The notes under the pieces were generated by a model. The model was not told where the DNA came from and ran no database searches. It saw nothing but the letters and a program-made list of their open reading frames with translations. This document shows positions 57,301-64,000 of a DNA stretch of 64,000 bases, one piece after another (the first letter of the stretch is position 1; each line of letters starts with the position of its first letter). The translations under genes were made by a program, and so were the position numbers. This stretch comes from a virus, in the IMG/VR virus record IMGVR_UViG_3300045946_000018, positions 27,272 through 91,271 of that record; one strand, written 5' to 3'.

Positions 57301-59521
57301 CACGAAGTGTCTTTACAGCAAGATCAGTTGAAGCGGCAGTATCATCTAAGAATCTGCGCGCCTCTGCCAGCGCTGTTTCACTATTGGGATTTCTAAATAA
57401 TGCGTCTAGTATATCACGTGCGCGTGTAGCAAAATCACCTTGACGTGTAGGTAACACAGGTTCACTCGGAGCCACGGGCCTGGAAGGAGGTTCTTCAACT
57501 ATAGTACGCGGTATAGTTGGTGCAGCTTGCCGTGGTCTACCAACAACAGTTTGACGCATAGCAGGTAAAAAATCAGCTATGTATTGTTCTTCCACGCCTA
57601 ACTTACGCAATCCCGCCTCGACATTACCAGGGACAGCTCGAAGAGCTTCGCGTTTTAAATCGCTCAATGCAGCACCACGAGTTTGTAACGTACTATCATT
57701 GCTAAGTAAAACATCAAGCGCGTCGCTAACTACTTGCTCAGGAGTACGCACTCTGGTTGGTATGCGCTCACCAGCTAAAGGTGCCGCAGCTCCAGTTGGC
57801 GCAGTTGGAGTAGGCGTAGGTGTTGGTGTAGGTTCAACTGGTAAAGGTTCCGGTGGTGGTTCAGGCGGACGTTCGCTGGGTAATATATTCCGCATGCGCG
57901 GTTCAAGTCGAGCAACAATTGCCTCATCTAATCCAAGTTTATCTAATCCACCCGCCTCTTGAGCACGCAACTGCAACTCACGCATAGCACCAAGGCGTGC
58001 TTGTGCAGAGTAACGTTGGTCATAAATCCGCTCAGCTAATTGCTGAGGATTTAATTGATTAGCTACCGGAGTAAAATCTTCAACCGTCATACCGCGCACA
58101 GGAGTACGACCAGTAACAGTTTGTATTGGTTGAATATCAGGCAAGTCTAAAGCCGCATTTAATACTGTATTAAACATTGGACCAAAATCACGTATAATAT
58201 CATCGGGTAAGCCAAGTCCACGCAGGCCCGCTTCTAAATTTCCTGGACTAGTTACATTAGCTTCACGCATTATCCGCCGCGCCGCGTTCATCTGTGCGCT
58301 TGGCGGTTGATTCGGATCCATCATAACATCAAACGCATCTAAAATATAATTAGAGAACATTCCAGGTGGACGAGCACGCGGTACCGCAGATTCAATTGGC
58401 GGTAAAACTTCAGGTTCAGTAGGTACAGTTGGTACAGCACGCCTAGGCTGGTCTGGTACGTTGCGTCGTGTTACTGATATATCACGGAGTCGCGGGGTAA
58501 GGTAATTAATAGTTGTTTCACCATAACCAAGCTCGGCTAATCTCTCCGCTGTAGTACCAGGCGATGTAGCGTTATAAATTGCACCTTTAAGTTGGCGTAA
58601 ATTTTGTGTTAATTGCATTCCACGCAACTCGCCACCCTGAAGTTCATCTAAAAGCGGATCAATTATTCCACGCGCCGCCATTAAAGCATCTGCTCGAATA
58701 TTTCCAGTGATTAAATTTTGTTCCCGAGTTCGTAATGTACCAAGTAAACGGTTCCTAGCTGCAGTTAATTCTTCTTGACTAATTTTAGAAAGAAGTTCGT
58801 TAGTATTAGCTTGTATTCTTACATTATCACCTAACTCCATAGCTTGCATTAAATCAATCGCAGCGCGCCTGTTAGCTCTATGTACACGACCGAACGCACG
58901 ATCAGTAAGAATCATCGCAGCAATTTCAACACCAGCACCAACTGCACCAGCAATTTCAGGCGAAAAGCCAAGATCAATTGCTTTCTTAGATGCAGCAGTT
59001 GCCGCGCCTTGAACTAACGCAATTGGTGCGAGTGCTATATCCGATCCAATTTGGCCTAATCTAGTACGCGGTTGGTACGTATATTGTTGCGTAATATTTT
59101 CAAACGGAGCAATATCGGGTGTATCGGGTAAAGATAGTGCGCCTTCATCATACAAGCGTTTTAAATAACTTAGTGCGCTACCCACACTACCAGCTACATA
59201 TGCAGCACCACCAGTTAATGCCTGCGCACCAACTTCAGCATACGGATTAAACCTCAGCGCACCCAGTGGTTGCGCGCGTGAAGGTAAAACAGTACTTATT
59301 GCTTGACCAGCTGCGGCTGGTATATCACGTATAGCTTGGGGAACAGTAAACGAAGTTTTAGGCGCTTGAGGAAGCTGGATATCTTTATTTAACTCTAAAT
59401 TATATAAAGCTCGCTCTACAAGTTGCGCTTCTTCATCATCAAATACGCTTGGTGGTTGGGTGGTCTTTCTATTCATTCGTTCAAATATTACACTTTCTAA
59501 ACTTGGAAATACAGTTGCCAT
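54335..59521 (-). CDS. Large putative internal virion / DNA-ejection protein (1728 aa)
   Basis: C-terminal half homologous to 7185-12722 (AEMN, IH..PF.AK.HELI, QFQTF). Confidence 0.65.
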   Translation of the reverse strand: MATVFPSLESVIFERMNRKTTQPPSVFDDEEAQLVERALYNLELNKDIQLPQAPKTSFTVPQAIRDIPAAAGQAISTVLPSRAQPLGALRFNPYAEVGAQALTGGAAYVAGSVGSALSYLKRLYDEGALSLPDTPDIAPFENITQQYTYQPRTRLGQIGSDIALAPIALVQGAATAASKKAIDLGFSPEIAGAVGAGVEIAAMILTDRAFGRVHRANRRAAIDLMQAMELGDNVRIQANTNELLSKISQEELTAARNRLLGTLRTREQNLITGNIRADALMAARGIIDPLLDELQGGELRGMQLTQNLRQLKGAIYNATSPGTTAERLAELGYGETTINYLTPRLRDISVTRRNVPDQPRRAVPTVPTEPEVLPPIESAVPRARPPGMFSNYILDAFDVMMDPNQPPSAQMNAARRIMREANVTSPGNLEAGLRGLGLPDDIIRDFGPMFNTVLNAALDLPDIQPIQTVTGRTPVRGMTVEDFTPVANQLNPQQLAERIYDQRYSAQARLGAMRELQLRAQEAGGLDKLGLDEAIVARLEPRMRNILPSERPPEPPPEPLPVEPTPTPTPTPTAPTGAAAPLAGERIPTRVRTPEQVVSDALDVLLSNDSTLQTRGAALSDLKREALRAVPGNVEAGLRKLGVEEQYIADFLPAMRQTVVGRPRQAAPTIPRTIVEEPPSRPVAPSEPVLPTRQGDFATRARDILDALFRNPNSETALAEARRFLDDTAASTDLAVKTLRARIQKTGLVGPELIANKITPEQQGVLDEANRILNDPNAPLRERNDARSMIQGIAERLSVKPETLRSEISAPATEAVVTPTRFQEYQRNATAINGVPQPDLVIARFLRQKGIELTEQQFNAMSAESSKIPQTPEALASYAQNYLRNHSTGLTEATAKLNDGNLSQPKDLTQQQRAEYVASGEHETIPYTYEQIKQNLENRVDISAELPPKLGELYRRALKYHTDQIETPNRRTYNQILRSIKNLVPTPDETTLGAFYPGGIGPEQRMAFNELKNDAIRFGKDIMQIIRRDPRLNEIQKAIYEEYNRSSQSPPPKPYMSLNNMGFDSEASLRGDFVIKRTKGEVDGTHRPEIYFNDWFAVASVDDLTPRAQLTNFQKVTRPESFQTLARKLLAAGQGDIVHAYRGVEQNLIKDRADYMKAIKRIRRQFSEEQQRAIGADMFLNEGSIDLLIESNVEPRPITAKELTVEAFVRGIFDDLFGRAQEVRSNTGRGPMDYVTHYITHMRATNLDEAFGIKTSIVEDTAALQNQRFANLKNTPFPMERTRRGGVFPAEMNVFDILENYVDYALRQIHLGPFVAKVHELIDTPIIDPTTGNTWRMSVEKPELYKVISEWNNHIAGKPEQSIPSPWNSILFSIGRSLGNSQIAGNISSIAIQPLGLLNTGQLYGYGRTIQATLGYMADLATPGHPKMKFRREHSKSLDVRNPDIYFDEAGAGVLENLLQQNRLTRRAGEAAQRASTYLGDVGTRGLRFTDQIAADISWDVGYDFALKAGKTGEAAFNIADDAVTLTQGSALRGERAPIQRKQWGRALTQFQTFAINNYDMITSQVLGIANKNMTNKQVVGNVLKFLGAGTILNFLMEDMGEGTSPLPNPPLAFTRTLLRGPEPNQSELSYLVELGLGSTLGEAAKIIPFASSLKVRGGQLGGPTAGFISSMGRALIGEEGTSLPRTVLRSLVPGGLQIDKMFFAPEKKNTQSFKSNRDDRPSLGGVR

Positions 59522-59548
59522 ATTAGCACCTTACATTTTTAATGTTTC

Positions 59549-59717
59549 GCACCAAGGGGTCCCCCGTAATTTGCTTTGCTGCTTGACAAGCGAGTCGCAC
59601 AGTTATATTGCCAGCAAGGCGCCTCCTTCGATCGTCGCCCCAGCTGGCAATCGTAACTGTGCTTGCGCTAACGCTTCCTCGCTTGTAAAGCATCGCAAAT
59701 TACGAGCCCCTAAGTGC
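59549..59717 (-). repeat. Rod-like hairpin element, family 3
   Basis: cgtaatttgc/gcaaattacg, gcttgacaagcgag/ctcgcttgtaaagc, gcacagtta/taactgtgc, attgccagc/gctggcaat. Confidence 0.85.
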
Positions 59718-59845
59718 TACACGCTGGAATAAAATCAGCGAATTAAAATTTTATCACTGGAACCTGTTCACCAAAGGTGAACACCGTGGGCGGGGTGCCG
59801 TGCAAGCACATAAAGTCCTCGCAATTAAAATTTTATCAATGCAGG

Positions 59846-60763
59846 CTAATCGCGTAATTCCTTCGGCGCTGGTTGCTTGGCCATATCTTCCCAAACATGG
59901 AGTAAAAACTCCTGAAAACTTCTCCCGCCACGCAATTGCCTATTATTAAACATAATCATTAGTTCGCGTGCGGTTAACTGCTCTATCGCGTCAGTACCGG
60001 GCTTCTTTAGTTTAGGCAACGGAATTTTTACAGCAGTACCAGGTGCGCGTCCAGCAAATGGATTATACGCATTTGGATTAAATACGCTACGCCCACCCAC
60101 TTTTGGTAAGTACGCGTAATCCGCCCTTGAGCGAGTGTTAAATATATTTGCCTGTGATGTTACATCTTCCCCCTCTTTAGGATTTTGTATTATACCCTCC
60201 GCTTTAGCCGCCTGATCTTCATCGCGCTGTATATCTTCACGCTCTTGTCGCTGTATTTGATTGCGCTGGAATTCGGTTAATCCACCACTCTCACCACGCG
60301 ACCCCAGAGAACGAATTAGCGCTTCGAGATACTGCGTCGAAGGTACTTTGAATTTACGCCCTTGATCGTCTTCTAGTTCAATAGTGGCTTTACCTTGCTC
60401 AATATCTTGGCGTAATTTATTTATCTCCTCCACTAGTTTCTCTTTAGGCAAGGTGCCCAACATTTTAGCCAGTTCAACTCTTTGCCGAGATTCAGCCGCT
60501 TGAGCATTACGCAGATCAGTTTCAGCTTGTTGTGCTTCAGCAGCACCAGGCATAAGCTGGCGTAACCTCTCGGCCTGCTGCTCGTCAAGCAATCCCGCAT
60601 CTTCGAGCCTATTAATCTGTGCCATATTAACGCCAGCATCAAACAAACTACCCACGCTCCTCTGGCGTAATTGTTCTAACGCTATATCACGCGAAGCAAC
60701 TTGGTTAATTTGTTCTGGTGTAAGCCCGGCTACAGATACGCTTCCTGCACCCGGGCCAGCTAA
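59846..60763 (-). CDS. Putative ejection protein, C-terminal part reached by -1 frameshift
   Basis: 36 open codons between slippery site and the track's GTG start; AGLTPEQ conserved. Confidence 0.7.
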   Translation of the reverse strand, partial: LAGPGAGSVSVAGLTPEQINQVASRDIALEQLRQRSVGSLFDAGVNMAQINRLEDAGLLDEQQAERLRQLMPGAAEAQQAETDLRNAQAAESRQRVELAKMLGTLPKEKLVEEINKLRQDIEQGKATIELEDDQGRKFKVPSTQYLEALIRSLGSRGESGGLTEFQRNQIQRQEREDIQRDEDQAAKAEGIIQNPKEGEDVTSQANIFNTRSRADYAYLPKVGGRSVFNPNAYNPFAGRAPGTAVKIPLPKLKKPGTDAIEQLTARELMIMFNNRQLRGGRSFQEFLLHVWEDMAKQPAPKELRD

Positions 60764-60769
60764 AAAGGG
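60723..60769 (-). promoter_or_regulatory. -1 programmed ribosomal frameshift signal
   Basis: C CCT TTT (60769-60763) then TAG; stem gcccgg/ccgggc plus tgcagg/tctgta starting about 6 nt downstream. Confidence 0.8.
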
Positions 60770-61869
60770 ATTACGTCTCGTAAATCTGGAATAGTTTGCG
60801 AGCGTCTGCGCGGTGTTGGCAACAAAGCTTGCGCGTTTGGCGGTAACACCATTCCACCTCCACCACTAATTACCGGCTGTTCTACTGGACGCTCTGCACG
60901 TTGAGGTACTTGGCGTTGTGGTGGGTTAGATAATGCAGTTATAGCTTGTTGCATTGGTATGCGTGAGGGTATTGGTGATTGGCTTGGGCCTAATGGTGCA
61001 TCACCGCCAGGGAAAAGTTCGCGCTGTGCAGTTACAACTTCGGGCTCTAACATTTGCGGAACATCTGTAGGCGCCTGTAGCGATTCAGTCTGCATAGCTA
61101 TACGTCGAATAGGCGCGCCAGTTGGACTAACTTCAGTAGTAGGTCCCTCAGTACCATAATATCTTTGATTATTAGGCCGCGGTGGTAAAGGTGCTGGCTC
61201 TATTCCAGGTACAGGTAGTGGAATTGGTACGGGTGGTGTAGGCTGAGTTGGTACGTACATTTGTGGTGTAGGTTGTACACCTCGAGTTTGTCCGCGAAAC
61301 TGCGCTACACGCTCTGGATCTGCATTAGTTATTGTTCTTCCAGCAGGCATATCAGGTTCCATTGGTGGCATAATTCTATTTCGCATCACATCAGGTTCGC
61401 CAGTGCTAACTGGCCTTCCTTGCATATCAGTTTGTTTAATTGGTTGATCTGGATCATTCGCCAAATTTCCTTTAATTGTCACGCTACGATCTGGATTTAC
61501 TTGTGCCGAAGTTGGCCCCATTTCACCTTTTGGACCCATTGGTCCCCAGCCTCGTAGTATTCTAAATAACTCTTCGTTACGCGCACTGTAATTTTTCATT
61601 TGTTCGTTATAAGCGCGCTCAGCCGCTTGAGCATTACTGTAGTTTATCGTAGCCCGGCCCAATATTCCGCCTGCGCCACGCGGATCCATTTCAGCACCAA
61701 TTCCAGCTATCATTTGAATCAAATATGGATTAATCCGTCCTTCTGGTGTTAGCAACCAATCTGGGTATGAACGTTGCTCATAAAAATATGGCGTAGTATC
61801 GGGAGTTGGTTGGGGTGGTGGCGCGGTAGGAATAAGTTGACCTTCTGGATTTACTGTAACTAATGCCAT
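60760..61869 (-). CDS. Putative internal virion protein, Pro-rich (short frameshift product)
   Basis: Homologue of 13994-14554. Confidence 0.7.
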   Translation of the reverse strand: MALVTVNPEGQLIPTAPPPQPTPDTTPYFYEQRSYPDWLLTPEGRINPYLIQMIAGIGAEMDPRGAGGILGRATINYSNAQAAERAYNEQMKNYSARNEELFRILRGWGPMGPKGEMGPTSAQVNPDRSVTIKGNLANDPDQPIKQTDMQGRPVSTGEPDVMRNRIMPPMEPDMPAGRTITNADPERVAQFRGQTRGVQPTPQMYVPTQPTPPVPIPLPVPGIEPAPLPPRPNNQRYYGTEGPTTEVSPTGAPIRRIAMQTESLQAPTDVPQMLEPEVVTAQRELFPGGDAPLGPSQSPIPSRIPMQQAITALSNPPQRQVPQRAERPVEQPVISGGGGMVLPPNAQALLPTPRRRSQTIPDLRDVIPF

Positions 61870-62062
61870 CGCGAGTTTCCTTCCAGTGTTAAAATTTTAA
61901 TTCGGGGGCACATCTCCGATATACGATACAATGAGCCGCAGGCGATAACCTCCCATTCCTACGAGCACCGATATACCGGAGGAGCACCTTGCACGAAGTG
62001 CCGGGGCGACGATTGAACTTTCTACGTTTACACCTTACCAACTGGCGCTACGCGCAACTAAA

Positions 62063-62365
62063 TTAAATAATACTTTCTACAAGTAATTCGCCTTTATCTG
62101 AGTGTCCCTTGTACGGAGGTATTTCTAAATAAAGTTGCCAAATGTAAATTCCGGTAATATTAAGCACTCCTGCTTCCACTACATAATACACTCGACCATC
62201 GCTGCCATCAGTCTGAAAACTTAGTGGCTTAGTTACAGAAGTTAAATCGGGTTTAAGTAATTTAACTTCCTTTACTGTAGCTAAACTAATATCCGCGATG
62301 TTTATATCGTCATAGATAGTCCATCGCATTACTACACCTACATCTTCCTCACGTAATTCGAGCAA
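62063..62365 (-). CDS. Small structural protein (BppU-like)
   Basis: Homologue of 14778-15083. Confidence 0.6.
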   Translation of the reverse strand: MLELREEDVGVVMRWTIYDDINIADISLATVKEVKLLKPDLTSVTKPLSFQTDGSDGRVYYVVEAGVLNITGIYIWQLYLEIPPYKGHSDKGELLVESII

Positions 62366-62819
62366 TTGCTACCTCCTCTTCTTTGTCCACTATAGTGGAC
62401 AAACTTAATTCCAAATTTGCTCTAGCAATTAGTTCTGGCTCAAAACTAAGTAAAACTTTACAAGAAATTTGCGTAGTAATATTTGCCAATAATTCCGGCT
62501 CGAAATCTAAATATACCTCGAAGTCTAAATAAAATACTTTATGTCCAAGTGCTCCACCATTTAACTCAAAGTTTAATCTAATCGGATCAACATAGATAAT
62601 ATTCCGTGTACTTACTTGTGCTACACCTGTAAGATGAAGTTCTAAGTATATTGGCGAAGCATAAATAATGCTCGGTTGTTGGACTTGACCAACACCAGTT
62701 ACAGTAAAATTAAGTCGTATTGGACTTGCGCTAACTATTACCGCAGTACCTATAAAGCCAAATCCATGTGTAACGATGTACTGTGGTGCACCAAGTTTAG
62801 TAACAATATTCGCTAACAT
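62349..62819 (-). CDS. Hypothetical virion-associated protein with short internal repeats
   Basis: Three I..SPI.L.F..TGV repeats; homologue of 15085-15363. Confidence 0.6.
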   Translation of the reverse strand: MLANIVTKLGAPQYIVTHGFGFIGTAVIVSASPIRLNFTVTGVGQVQQPSIIYASPIYLELHLTGVAQVSTRNIIYVDPIRLNFELNGGALGHKVFYLDFEVYLDFEPELLANITTQISCKVLLSFEPELIARANLELSLSTIVDKEEEVAIARIT

Positions 62820-62861
62820 AAAAGTAAAGTATCTTCCAGTGTTAAAATTTTAAATCCGAGC

Positions 62862-63395
62862 TTAGCTCGTTCTTATTCGTTGGAGTGGCGTTGTGCTACT
62901 GTCCATAGTAAATATCATTGCATCTGTAGCACCATCTAATCTCTTCGCATTTATTGTCGTACCTGAAATTATGAATTGAGCCACTGCAGAATAAATCATA
63001 AATAACATTTGGTCGCGAGTCGGCGCGGTCCCGTCAGGGGCATATGCTTCGATCATTTGCGTTGTGCCTAAATTTTGATAATCGCTTGCGAACAGCATGT
63101 TCGCAGGTGCATCAAAAAATACGTAGCCATCACCCCATTCAAACTCGGGATCACTCCACACAACTTGTATTTTATCTGCAGTCATTTCAATTGCGCTTAG
63201 TGTAACTGTTATACATCCCGAACCTGCAGGTGCTTCGCTTGGTAACGTAGCTAAATTAGCTAACGTACCAGCATCTTTACTTATCTTAAAATCGCCCGCA
63301 GTAATTGTTGGTGTTTTTTTAATTCTACCTGGATTCGCTGAATCCAATAAACTTATATTGAATGAGTAACTTACCCCGCGCTGCGGAAGTGGCAT
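62862..63395 (-). CDS. Conserved phage structural protein
   Basis: Homologue of 15363-15905. Confidence 0.75.
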   Translation of the reverse strand: MPLPQRGVSYSFNISLLDSANPGRIKKTPTITAGDFKISKDAGTLANLATLPSEAPAGSGCITVTLSAIEMTADKIQVVWSDPEFEWGDGYVFFDAPANMLFASDYQNLGTTQMIEAYAPDGTAPTRDQMLFMIYSAVAQFIISGTTINAKRLDGATDAMIFTMDSSTTPLQRIRTS

Positions 63396-63397
63396 AA

Positions 63398-63625
63398 CTA
63401 ATCCTTCTGAGTGCAATTACGTGCTAAATCAACCTGTTTATCTAAACATGTAATTAATTTCTCGTAGAAAACACGCGATATTTCTTGCGAGCGATTTAAC
63501 GCTCCGATAAGCCACCATACAGTTATCGTACCTATAAGTAATAATGTTAGCGATACTATAGGCCCGCCCTCACGTAATATTGGGAGCACAATACTTAACC
63601 AATTTCTTGTACGTTCAGGCTGCAT
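63398..63625 (-). CDS. Small membrane protein, holin-like
   Basis: Homologue of 15909-16136. Confidence 0.55.
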   Translation of the reverse strand: MQPERTRNWLSIVLPILREGGPIVSLTLLLIGTITVWWLIGALNRSQEISRVFYEKLITCLDKQVDLARNCTQKD

Positions 63626-63632
63626 ATTTAGC

Positions 63633-64000
63633 CTAGCGTGTTAATAATGCGTCATACTTAGCAGATAATTCTTGTAGTGCGCCAACAAGCCACGGTACGA
63701 GTTTGCTAAAATCAACTTGCTGCGGCTTTATACTGCCATCCTCATTGAGCGCATTAGGTTCGCCTGTAACAGCTTCTGGAACAACTTGCTGTAATTCATG
63801 CGCGGCAAATCCATGCCCTTCTTCACCGGTAGATTTCCATAAAAAGCGAATTGGATTGAGCGATGTTATACGCTCCAGGGCGCCGGTGATGGGGGTAATG
63901 GCGGTTTTGAGGCGAATATCGCTGGAGGTGCTGTACGCGGTCGCTGTGGCAGTCGTACTGATGGAGCCCACTTCCGCTCCAGAGGCATTGGTGAAAAACA
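63633..64000 (-). CDS. Tail fibre C-terminus with peptidase S74 chaperone (truncated by window end)
   Basis: TSSDIRLK; upstream identical to the 18803-21382 gene, downstream near-identical to the 17781-18644 gene. Confidence 0.85.
   Translation of the reverse strand, partial: FFTNASGAEVGSISTTATATAYSTSSDIRLKTAITPITGALERITSLNPIRFLWKSTGEEGHGFAAHELQQVVPEAVTGEPNALNEDGSIKPQQVDFSKLVPWLVGALQELSAKYDALLTR

Overview
The window is entirely tailed-phage (podovirus-like) DNA with no host genes. It appears to join two related but well-diverged phages. Phage B is an apparently complete circular unit of 44,830 bp (19044-63873; 19044-19170 is repeated exactly at 63874-64000). It has a leftward morphogenesis operon (terminase, portal, scaffold, intron-split major capsid, adaptor, RCC1 protein, tail fibre, ejection proteins) and a rightward early/replication arm (micro-ORF cassettes, Cas4-like exonuclease, Sak4-like ATPase, SSB, ParB-methyltransferase, MazG, UDG-PolA fusion, DUF3987-like ATPase). 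Phage A (1 to ~19043) is a partial homologue of B 47.2-63.9 kb, so the window provides its own comparative genomics. Main observations: (1) dispersed 150-220 nt rod-like hairpins with covarying stems and GNA DNA triloops, several carrying sigma70 -35/-10 boxes arranged like ssDNA hairpin promoters, in a genome with no recognisable primase; (2) a conserved -1 frameshift cassette (C CCU UUY plus stem-loop) joining two putative ejection-protein ORFs in both phages; (3) a group I intron with a LAGLIDADG ORF after codon 7 of the capsid gene; (4) about 25 copies of an AT-rich palindromic site plus a ParB-HTH-methyltransferase fusion; (5) tail-fibre chaperone swapping at a 16-bp core; (6) families of unannotated Zn-finger and membrane microproteins. 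All family assignments come from motif recognition by eye, not database searches.
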